A DNA stretch of 64,000 bases from Hormiphora californensis. Taxonomy: Eukaryota; Animalia; Ctenophora. Location of the stretch: contig CM035357.1 in the NCBI GenBank assembly GCA_020137815.1, positions 620,001-684,000 on the forward strand, read 5' to 3'. Under the pieces are notes generated by a model. That model saw only the letters and a list, made by a program, of their open reading frames with translations. It searched no databases and was not told the origin of the DNA. Position numbers and translations under genes: made by a program. Each line of letters begins with the position of its first letter. Position 1 is the stretch's first letter. Positions 21,901 to 33,260 of this stretch are shown here, one piece after another.

Positions 21901-24900
21901 GTGGAACATTCTGGAGGACTGTCTGAAGAAGGCCAGGAGTAAGATCCTGAGAGAGAATCCGTCTAGAGTAGAACAGTTTACTGACGTAGAGCTGGTAGAG
22001 TGGATAATGGAGGAGACAAAGGTGTTCCTTCAATCTGCTACTGCCCTTTTGTACGAGGCAATGCACGGACCTGGCCAGACTCCAGACAACAAACTACTGG
22101 TTGAGGACTGCTATCTGGACCAACTAAACAAGGCCCTAGGATCCCAAGCCTTCATGTTTGAACAGGAAGAAGCTCTGGATGAAGCCCTAAAAACAGGCGA
22201 TGTTGCAAAGTTTGCAGTGTTGCTGGTGAAGAAAACACTGAACAATGCTGTAATGGGGATCCCTCGTCGCAGCAGTGTCATGTTGGCCCAGGCTCTCAAG
22301 GAGTCAGACTATGACCTGGCAGGCTCTCTATTGTCGGCCAAGGCCATCACGGTGGCCCACAGAAAAGTCCAATTAGAACCCGCCAAGACGAGTGATGGGG
22401 CTGGGTTCCGGGATGCCTACCACAAGGGTGATCTAGAGACCGCAGGGACTATCTTAGCCACCCGTGCTATGCAACATGCCATGGATATCCACCCATCAGA
22501 ATCAGATCCACTGGAAAGTAGTCTCTCCTCTATGGTGTTGAAGAATGCTTTGGAGCAGGGGGATCTTGGACAGGCCTCTGACATCATAATTGAGCAGGCA
22601 CTTCGTGAAGCGCTTTGTTACGCTAACACACCCACACAAGAGATTTCTCTGGAGGACGCCCTCAAGTTTGGAGATTTGGACGTTGCTGGCACGATCATGG
22701 CCGTAACTGCCCTTGGGTCTGGTCTGGAGGAGGTACTGTCTGCGGACAAGACAATGACTCCCAGCAGCATCAACCTTGAAACAGCCATGGCAACTGGAGA
22801 TTTCAACAAAGCTGGTGTCATCCTGATGTCCCGGGCGCTCAGGGGAGGTTTTAAGGAGATAGACGATGCTGTGGCAATGAGGAGGGAGAGTAGTTTACTG
22901 TTGGAGGATGCCCTGTATACTGGGGATCTGCCTACAGCAGGGGACATTATTGTCAAGAGAGTACTGAAAAGTGGCTATGTCTGAGGTTGATGAGGCGTCA
23001 GCAGCGAAGATTCTCTGTTCAAATAGTTCTATGATTCTCAGAGAGTCACTAGAGAAAGGGGACCTGGAGACAGCAGCCCCAATTCTTGTCAACCGAGCCC
23101 TATGGAAAGCTATGGAGGATGGCGGAGAGGTCAGTCAAACAAGCAGTGAGGCACTAGATGAAGCCTTGAAAACTGGAGAGTTGGACGTGGCTGGAGAAGT
23201 CCTAGCGCAACGTGCTTTACGTAGTGGGGTAGACGAAGTGTCTCCAACCCCACCCTCAAAAACACCTAGCGATTTGGTTCTGGAAGAATCTCTGGCTGCT
23301 GGTGATTTGGAGACTGCTGCTGGAATCATGATGGAGCGAGCATTCCGTACCTCACCCATTCCCGAGGAACCTTCGGAAATGAAAATTCCTTCCTTCACGG
23401 CGTCAGATCGGACCATTCCTGAGCCGATATTGTCAGACGTTGTGGTTACACCAGTGGAGTCGATCCAGACAATCAAGTCCGAGGAGGATCACAAGGAGCC
23501 CGAGAAGAGGTACCCTACCCTTGATGATGGTGTGTACTTCCTGGAGCAGCTTCTCCTACCCACTCACACTAAAACTGATCAATTGGAGCGGGGCCAACTT
23601 TTCTCTGAGATCCGAGCAGATGTTGCATGTGAGGAGATGGGCTTCACCCTCGCCAAAGATGGTGATGAAGGCTATACGTTGCTAGGGAAACATCTGAAGG
23701 AATCCAACTGGTTCGGGGCGGCCGAGGGTGTCGTTAGAGTTCTAGGGGATGCAATTACTAAAGCTACCGAGGATTACTCTGATACGGCTCGATTTGTAAC
23801 TCTTCTCTCATTGTTTGTTGTTGACTCGGCCCTAGCCATCCTCAGAGACAGCCAGCCTCGTTTCCAGCCCGCAGCTGGGATGGGCGATGCTGTATTGGAT
23901 CACATTCGTGAGACCTTGGGTTCTGTCGGGATCATGAATGAAACTCCAGTGGCAAGTGTTATTGGGCAGTGCCACAAGATTCTGATGGGTGCAACTGAGA
24001 GCGAGGGCCAAGCTACGGAATAGGAGCAGTCTGGAGCTTATGGACGCCTGCAGGACAGGCAATCCATTCAGGGCCGGGGAAATCTTGGCCAGCAAGACAT
24101 TGAGGAAAGCAGAAGATCAACTCCGGGATATCGACCAGTTTAGGAGTACTTCAGACATCCTGACCGAAACCCCAAGCACACCTATCAAACCGAAGAGATC
24201 CAAAAAGAAGATCAACATGCGATGGATTGCCAATGCCATCCCGAGTCTCCTCGACTTCCAAAACCAGTCTATCTAAACCGACTCACTCTTCGTCGAGTTA
24301 CGAGCCCATCCGAGATATGCTGCTAGCAGAGGAGAGAGAGGCCCACATCTCTCGTATCGTATCCACCTCCAATACCTCACTACCCTCTGAAGGTAGAGAG
24401 GAGTCGCAGCAGTTTGCACGACGTATCTCCTGACACCTCACTAGCTTTATCGGAGGGTAACCTCACCCACGGGTACGTGAGAAAGATCCAAAGTAAGGAA
24501 CACGTGTACTATATCGACTCAGTGGGGCAAATCAAGAAGAAAGCAAAGAAGAAGAAGTCTTCCCGTAGTAGGCGATCGTTAACTAAGGACGATCTAAACC
24601 TCCACCGGGATCAGGAGCAGGATGACCTCCCGTCTGATGAGCCAAAGGCCATCTCCTCAGAGGTTGACCTAGTGCCGACTCCACCTGGCAACGTGCCCAG
24701 TGACGCCTCTAGGAAGTCCATTGAGGTAAGGAGGAGCAGTTTCAAGAGACGGGAATCGAACCTCCAAATGATCGCTGTCATCAACTCCTCATACACCAAC
24801 ATGCACCGGAAATCAGGGGATGTGTCCAAGACAGTCATCGATCAGGACGGCGGGGCTAGTTCTAGTGAGGACAAAGCAAGGAGGAAAAGTATTGATGAAA

Positions 24901-24989
24901 TGCTGTCGGAAACTGACAGGGAACTGATCAAGAAACTTTCAAATAAATCGGCAACAGGAGACCAAAGCGATAGTGATGATGAGAAATAG
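18953..24989 (+). CDS. FSIP2: FSIP2-like (fibrous-sheath-interacting protein 2 N-terminal domain) coiled-coil/helical-repeat protein; 9 exons; terminal exon needs four +1 frame changes
   Basis: FDLADPYFNEFKPGEYSSLHDPHLKNFL...LLTKNGEVRCTLHEFNRFQ matches the FSIP2 N-terminal motif. Phase-consistent exons: 18953-19081, 19170-19373, 19462-19590, 19687-19794, 19907-20116, 20247-20394, 20550-20773, 20861-20970, 21082-24989. The product is 1054 aa to the first stop (22984), or 1721 aa if all four +1 shifts occur. Confidence 0.75.
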
Positions 24990-25068
24990 CTACCAGACAG
25001 GATCTGATTTTATTAATATCTATCGAATATAACACTTTTAATTTCACAAAACCAAACTGTCTCCATTC

Positions 25069-28000
25069 TCATCTCATGATAGTAAACACTACAAGGGCTA
25101 GAAACACCCAACTTGGTCGAAGTAGTGAGGTGGCCCTTGAGCTGCATTCTGGTACTGAGGGGTACCACCTGTTACGGGCAGTACACGTCACCGTAGTGTT
25201 CCCCTTTATCTTGTACCCGGACTCACATCCAAACGTCACCGTGTCACCTATAATAACAGTATGGGTTAGAGAAAGAGGGGGAGAAAGAGAGAGAGAGAGG
25301 GCTACAGTATGAACATGGTTTAGAGAGGCCAGAGGGAAGTACAAAAAGTATTTGTAGCTCGCTACCAGTCCCTTGCCAGTGCGTCTAGTACGCTCCGGAG
25401 GCTACCAAGCAGGGAAGGGTTATAACTAGGTACCTGTTATGAAAGGAGCATAGGTGTCTGATCGTTTCTTGGTGGTAGTTGTCCCCTTCCCTACTCGACT
25501 AGTAACATCGTAACACCCCGGCACGCAGGTTACTAAGTTACCCAAATCGGACCAGGTTCCTCCATTACACACTGTAGTGGACTTGCCTCCATCTCCCTGC
25601 TTTGTTGTGTACCTGCAGGGTATACAATGAATCAAACCACCTTATAGACCTGCCTCTAACCACCCTACTAAACTACCTCTAACCACCCTAAATACCCATC
25701 TCTAACCACCCTACTATAAACCACCCTATGTTCCCATCTCTAACCACCCTATTTACCAGTCTCTAACCACCCGATTTACCCGTCTCTACAGGAGATGACG
25801 GAAGAGAGGGAAGAGCTTGCCAGGACTGGCGCTGTATTTGGGGCGGCGGATAGGGAGTCTGTTCTGTACTTGATGGCCCAATTATGTGTCGCATCAACAG
25901 GTATGGGGGAACAGCCCTCTGGGAGTTGGGTTAATTAATTGGGACAGATTAGGGCCTCTGGGAGTAGAAGGGCAAGTTGGGGAAAAGGTTGGCATTATTT
26001 TAGAACATCCTTCTGTGAGAGGGATAAGTTTGGACACTAGTTGGTATAGTGTGGACTGTGGAGGAGTGTTTTTAGTAGGATGAAGGTAACAAATCTGTCA
26101 GGCCAATGCTCTGACAGTACAAAATAGGTTCCTTACCGCTACACCATATAGTCTGTTGGCTGAAAATGTCAGGGACAAACTTCCCATTGCTGCTACACTT
26201 TATCTCTATAGTATTTTGTTGTGAACCTGGGAAGTGGGGAATAGAAAGAGATAGAAAAGATAGAGAAATATCATGCATAATGCCAAGAACTGCAGTACTG
26301 CGGTTTTTATCCACGCCCAGAAGTTTGTTAGAATTGCCATAAAATTTCTTAGAATCGCCATAAAATTTCTTAGAATTGCTATAAAATTTATTTGATAATT
26401 AGTAATAAATACATGCATGTACCTGATTTTAAAAAGAGAAAATCAAGTTTTCAAAAAACAATCGTTTCACAAAATTGATTGATCATATTGTACCTGATTT
26501 TACAAAGTCAATAGTGGTAGTGTCCACACTGTCAACTATTCTAACTGAGTTTACCCATACATGGGAGCTGTTCTTGCACCTGAGGTGGTGGGATAGTTGA
26601 GACACAGGAGGTACATTACTCAACAAGGTTTTGTCGAGAGGGGAGGGGGCGTGGCCGGGGAGGTACCGATCATTGGGCTTGTTGAAGTGGGATGCAATCA
26701 ATCGATTATTGGTATCTGGACCTGGGTGATCCCTCAGTTTGGTACACGCCCATTCACCGTGTGTGTGTACTGCACGGAGTCATGACGTCACAATGCTATT
26801 GATCGCACCGCTGCAGCTCAGCTCCTACACGCACACACACTGCTTTATGGGTGTGTCTCACCAAATTGACACCAAAATTTCAAACTCGGAGAATTTCAAA
26901 AAAAATTATATCATCTGAAAGCGGGTAAAGGACTGATCATTTCGGTATGTCGCGTCAGTTTAATTGATTATTAATTAATTAATTATTAATTAATTAGCGA
27001 CCGTAACATTGGTAACGACCGTAACGTTTCGGTCGTTACAGTGTATTCTATTTAAAATTACACATAAAATGGTCGTAACAACCGTAACGTAACGGTCGTT
27101 ACATATGTAACGACTGTAACGTAACGGTCGTTACATTTGTAATGACCGTAACGTAACGGTCGTTAAATTTGTAATGACCGTAACGTTTTACCACCGTAAT
27201 GTTACGGTCGTTACCAAAAATGACCGTATTTTGTAACGACCGTAACGTTACGGTCGTTACATTTGTAACGACCGTAACGTTTCGGTCGTAACATTTGTAA
27301 CGACCGTAACGTTTCGGTCGTTACATTTGTAACGACCGTTACGTTACGGTTGCTGTTACGGTCGTTACAAATGTTACATCTCCAGAATGTTCAGGCAGCC
27401 ACGGCCATACTTTTTGGACTAAGGCTTCAGAATTCAGACAGGAGAAAGTACTCAGTCACAGCTACCGCTGAGTACCAGTTTCAACTTCGTACGATAACTA
27501 CAACTGATTCTATGATCGTTCAAAAATGCGTTACGGTCGTTACGGTCGTTACGTCAACGCCAAAAAAAGGCTTTTTTTGGCATATTTTGCATCATAATTC
27601 AGCTCAGTGATGCATAACTATCATGATATTTAGTAATTCAGTAGTTCAGACATTTTCTGACAGTTTGGTACCAAAATTAACAAAATTGGCCAATGTTTAG
27701 GTGGTCTACGGACCTGTACAAAATTTCCAAACTCGAGGTGTCAATTTGGTGAGACACACCCTTATAGCTTATAATAGCCGCATCCAAAGCATTATAAGTT
27801 TGGAGAAAGATAATAATAAGAGTTCATGATGAGATGAGTTTAGTTACGAAGTCACCCCTATTATTGCTCCGTGAGCTTGTGTAGGGGTAGTTTCATTACC
27901 AAGAGATGTCTAGGATTATAGTCAAAATGGTAGGGTGGTTGATCCCTGAGACGCTGTTACTCAGCCAGTGCAGCTGTGGTACAAATGTGGTACAAATCTA

Positions 28001-28180
28001 AAAAGAGGCGGCTCACATTCTAAGATTCTAAAACTCGAAGAGGCAGGTATGTCATATCTTACTTTAGTACAGCAGACTCATCTGGTGACCAAGATGTTGT
28101 CTTTAGAGCTCCACCGGTATCTGTTACTATCTGACTAGAAGCTGTGACTAGGTTCTCGCTGGCACACGAAGTATCATACT
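25069..28180 (-). CDS. Sushi/CCP-domain cell-surface protein with a GPI-signal-like C-terminus; 5' exon not found
   Basis: Exons ~28063-28180, ~26495-26580, ~26137-26226, ~25780-25918, ~25434-25614 and 25069-~25248 join in phase. GDTVTFGCESGYKIKGNTTVTCTARNRWYPSVPEC is a canonical CCP module; the protein ends PSWVFLALVVFTIMR*. Confidence 0.8.
26849..27761. mobile_element. Non-autonomous DNA transposon with 25-bp TIRs, 4-bp TTAT TSD and an internal palindromic satellite
   Basis: gggtgtgtctcaccaaattgacacc ... ggtgtcaatttggtgagacacaccc, flanked by ttat; internal array of gtaacgaccgtaacg(tt/ta)acggtcgttaca at ~26998-27375. Confidence 0.85.
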
Positions 28181-28406
28181 GACCAGAAATAGGAAGTAGG
28201 AAATCTGAAGGGGTTTCAGTAGTGCAGTGACAAGATGAGATGAGATGTTTCTGGAAACAAATTGGAAAGAAACTGTTGTTTATAGGTACCTGGGGTAAAG
28301 AGAAAAACAACCCAATACATGGTTTGAAAACAACAAGACAAAAACTTCACTCAGCTGACTATACACAAGGGGGCCTGTCTTGAACAAATCGCTTTATACA
28401 CTTCCT

Positions 28407-28486
<80 letters not shown>

Positions 28487-28494
28487 ATTCTCCA

Positions 28495-28559
<65 letters not shown>

Positions 28560-28567
28560 TCTGTATC

Positions 28568-30236
28568 CTAACCTCTCCTCTCTTCACCCTCACTTTTCCC
28601 GTCTTTATTTTCAGTCTGTCCCCCACCTGCATAACTTGCAATCATCGAATAATCAAACTCCAGCACGTTAACACTGATTCGCCTAAGATAGTTCAGCCGG
28701 AGAGTCAATACATTCTTCAGAAATGTCCTAAATCTATTGCTATGGAATGTATAAATAATGGGATTACATGCCACATTGAGAAAGTATATCTCAGATTGGA
28801 ACCACAAGAACCAAGAGGGAAGGATGTTGTCATGGTGAAGTGTCTTTAGCACATTGTCCACAATCTGGGGTGTAATCGAGAGAATGAAAATAAAACTAAC
28901 ACTGGACACCATGAAAACTGTCTTCCGAGTCACATTAAAACTCTGGCTTGTCTGACTAACAATCTTTTTCCCGATATTTACAATAATTTCCCGGGATCGG
29001 GAGAGTTCTCCTGCTCGCCATGGATAGTCCCGCGCCCAAGGGAGTTAGACGATGGATTGCCCAGGAACTGGCTGAGTTTTTTGTTTGGTGTTTTCTTTAA
29101 GGAATGATTTCCTGGGAGGAGGTAGATCGCCTAGTTCTGAGGGTCCTAACCCGTCCTCTCCCTCTGACTCCTCCTCTTCCTCCTGTCCCTCACTCTCTTC
29201 ATCATCAGGTTGTTATCAGACTGGTGTGATCTAAACTGTCAGAGGAGGAGCTATTGACTTTATACATGGCTCGTGTTAGGGAGGGAGAAATCATGTTGAG
29301 TATGGGGGATGATGGTGACTTCCGGAGTGTATAAAATTCCTCCGCGCTCAATCTCCGTCTGATGCTGTACCGGGGTATGATTGGCTGCCGTCGTTGTACA
29401 ATTTCTCTCATTGGAAACTCGTCTCTTGGAGGGGAAATGTCCTTCCCTTTACTCGCCAGCTGCTCAGAAGACCTCGCCCCAGAGATGACAGAGTGACCGG
29501 ACCGTTTGGAGCTGTTTCTAGAGTTTTTCCCGTTGTTGTCCACTGAACACCACTCTTTTGAGACAAGATACGTGTCACCTGCCGACCCCCGTGCTTGGGT
29601 GTGTTTCATCTTTTTGCTGTTGTGCCGAGCTACAATTGCCAACAGAGCAAAGTTAGACACTATGATGGCGAGAAGGGCAGGAATAGAGACCATGAGAAAG
29701 ACACCCTTGATAGCAATATCGTGTTTGTGTTCGGGGTGATCTGATCTACAGGAAAAGGTAGTACTCTCGTAAACGGGGTATTCTCCCAATTTTAGGATGC
29801 TGAGTACTACTACAGCAGTGGAGAGAACCCAGATTATTATGACTGTGATTATCACCGCTAATCGGGACACTGGTTGTCTCCTCGATCGGAGAGGATAGGC
29901 AACTGTGTAGACTTTGTGAAGGGCTATCATTGTTAGGATAAGCAGCTCGCTCAGAGAGGGGATGTACACTAGAATTCCACTGATATAACATATCACATCT
30001 CCCAACACCCACTCCCCGATTATCGTTGTTATGGCAACGGGAAGCCAGCCGGTTAGGGCAATCAGGAAGTCCGCAGCGGCCAGGTTTTGGAGCAGCAGTA
30101 TTGAGATTCTATCGAATTCGATGGCCCGGTATTTGGCTGATATGATGAGGACTACCAAGTTCCCTAGGAAGGCCACAAGTAGACCCATGATGTTGTAGAT
30201 GGACACGAGAATGATCTGAAGGAGTTCCACTGCCAT
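28568..30236 (-). CDS. Class A (rhodopsin-like) GPCR, apparently intronless; reading frame interrupted in intracellular loop 3
   Basis: TM1 GNLVVL, TM2 NLAAADFL, W-LG..IC, TM3 ALHKVY, TM4 W and TM5 lie in 29205..30236. TM6 (VFMVSSVSFIFILSITP), TM7 (NVACNPIIY) and helix 8 (FRTFL) lie in 28568..28933, in the +1 frame. Confidence 0.85.
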
Positions 30237-30949
30237 GATGCTTGTGGGAGTCTGTGGGGGAAATCAGAATAAGAATATCAGCTTGAGAGTTATCAGCTTG
30301 AGAGTTATCAACTATCAAGTTGAAGTAAATCAGAATCAGCTTGGAAGTTATGACTTTCAGTTAGTAAATCAGAAGCAGCAAGATACTAAAATGGAACATT
30401 CTTTACAACTTTAAACGGATCCTATTGTATTGTTCATACGGGGGGCGCGGGGGAAGTGCAACAGCACAAGGATCCTATAGATAAAACTGAAAAGCAAAAC
30501 ACTAAAACAGTGTGCTGGAGCACTCTCGGAAAGATTGGGATGCTTAATAACATAATGTAGGCACGAGGAATAAATAAGAAAATAATATAAAATAAACATA
30601 AACGCTCTCTCTCCTTTTCTCTCTAAAACTCTCATTTTCCCTGTCGGTCACAGTGTTTCAACCACTACAAGTTTAGTCCTGTCATCGAAGACACTACTAA
30701 GACAGACAGGTTCCACGGCAATTTAAGCCAATAACTAAAAACAAACATAGAACGAAGGGTAGTTTGCAGAAAAACCAAAACATCCGACCTCATTTTGTAT
30801 TTCTCTCCCCTCTATCCATTCTTTCTCTCTCTCCGTCTCGCTATCTTTCTCGGTCTTCCTCTATGTCCTCTCTCTCTATCCCTCCATCCTTTGCTGTTTG
30901 AGAGTTCCTGACAGTAGCATTAGATGTAACACCCGTAGCTTGCGCTGAG

Positions 30950-31137
<188 letters not shown>

Positions 31138-31316
31138 TCTCTCCCCTCTCTTGTAGGGAGTGCCACTCAAAGACACGCATACTATGCGGCCTAGCCCCTA
31201 CAATAAAGTCAATCTACTCGGTTGGGATGGTACCTACTGCAATGCGTGATGCAGGGATCAAGAGTTATCACTAATCACGGTACTCTTGACGATGTATTTC
31301 TAATAACTCCAACTGT

Positions 31317-31497
31317 CAGTGCTGCTTGTAGTCAAATTACCGTAATGAAAATACAGTAAGGAGCCGCGCACGGTGCATAACGCGCGGCAAAAAGTTCATG
31401 TGTCAGCACGTACTAGCGCCCTGATTGGTCACGGTTGCGCGTCGTCTTACTGTATCTTTAGTTTTCCATTACCGTTTTCCCACTACAAGCGACCGTG
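31317..31497 (+). mobile_element. ~180-bp MITE, copy 1
   Basis: cagtgctgcttgtagtc...actacaagcgaccgtg with imperfect TIRs; near-identical reverse copies at 48108-48288 and 50226-50405. Confidence 0.85.
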
Positions 31498-33260
31498 TAA
31501 CTTGGATTAGGGATTGCCTTGTTCAACCCTATCTCTCTTCACGTCCCGAAAAATAGAAAGGTTTTGAGCAAAACAAGTACCTAGGGACTGGTATTGGTGT
31601 TTGTCAAAAGACCAAACCTATCTATGTACTATCAACAGGAGAGGATCCATTATACACAGGCTACAATAAGACAGATGACGTGTCACCGAGAGATTAGTGA
31701 CGAGATTGAGACATTATACGAGGGCAAAGTAGATAGTAGAGGGAGTGAGACATTATAGAGGGCAAAGTAGAGAGAGGGGGAGAGAGAGAGAGAGAGAGGG
31801 AGAGAGAGAGAGAGTCACAATTTCCGACCCACTGGTAATTTATAGTATCAGTGGAAGAGACAGGCTAAATAGCACAAGTACTTGGTAGATGGCAGCTGTA
31901 TTCTCAGAAGACGTGAGAGACATAGAGAGATTGTTACGTTAATTAATAGAGAGAGAGAGATAGATAGAGAGATAGAGGGTCCCTCTCAGAGGGATGGAGA
32001 GAAGAAAGATAGGTGTGTTTGGTACCTCATTATTACGATGGAAATATTACCACTTATCGGAAACACATAACGTATTGGCACCTGGAAAAATGAGAGAACT
32101 AGAAGGGGAAGAAGGAGAGTAAAGGCGAAGGTTGGCCAGGAAAATTATCGATATAAATGTTGGACTGGAGGGGTTGTTCGAACTTCGACATAAAAACATT
32201 ATAATACACGTACACATATAAATTAGGATAAATTATAGGCCATTTAACCAATTAATGATTGATTTTCTACTGGTTTGACCTCCAATAACTGTCAGTGGTG
32301 GACTCTATTCATGTATTTGTATTTCGGACTACGGGTTTCGATGATCATGAAGTGCTCAGTTTTAGTATATTCGGCCCCAGATTTTCCCGCCCCGATCGCG
32401 ATTTACCGAACGGATAAATTTCCCCCGATATTGCTGATGTCAACCCGATAAACTGGCACCCCAATTTACTGCACAAAATCCTTTCCCCTGACTTCAGAGC
32501 AACCCGGTAAATCGGGGCCTGACTGTCGCAGTAGTTCTAAAGGGCGGAACAGGTAGTAGATATACCTTAGCTTCCGCAACTTCCATGTATTTCTTTCCAT
32601 CATTTAGTTTTCTAGCGACATTTGGAAGATGTTATATTTGACTCATCATACACATTTTACCTCCCGGACCGTTTACAATAATCGGCTACTGTGTCTCCTT
32701 CTCTGCAAGGTCTTCTTTATTCCACGATACAATGTGTGCTTTTTCGTGAACATATATTATCTTAGCTTGTTCCCTTTCCGTATCGAATGTCCCGAATTTT
32801 CTTTACCCCTTATATAATTTAGTTTTCCTAATGCTGTCCGACCAGTGCAGATGCAGCTGTTACTCCTGAATTCCTTTTTTCAATTTGATATTGGCTTATC
32901 CGAGATTGGAAATGGTAGTCTGAAACTCCCTATTCATTACCTATTCAGAGAGAGAGAGAGAGATTGGGAGAGAGCAAGGGAGATATTGGACCATGAAGCG
33001 TGCCGTGCATGGTTGGATGACATGTGGTTCATGACTCATGTTCGATCCTCACATCTTGTAGTGAGAAAAGAGAGAGAAAGAGAGAGTGAGTTAGAGAGAT
33101 CGAAAGAGATAGAGAGATGGAGAAAAAGATAGAGTTGAGAAAGAGAGAACAAGAGCACATTTGATTAACATGTTCGATATTGAACATATGTGAGAAGTGC
33201 ATGAATGGCTCCATAAAATACAACCTCCCACATAGCATACTCTGACAGCTGTTTCAGGAC

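Noticed and set aside
22982-24433. Stop-codon reassignment or readthrough as the explanation of FSIP2-like internal stops
   Set aside because: The frame-0 continuation hits further stops at once at site 1 (TGA GGT TGA TGA), the repeat homology continues in +1, and all three stop types are involved.
26998-27375. CRISPR-like regular palindromic array
   Set aside because: No unique spacers, no cas genes, eukaryotic context, and it lies inside a TIR element.
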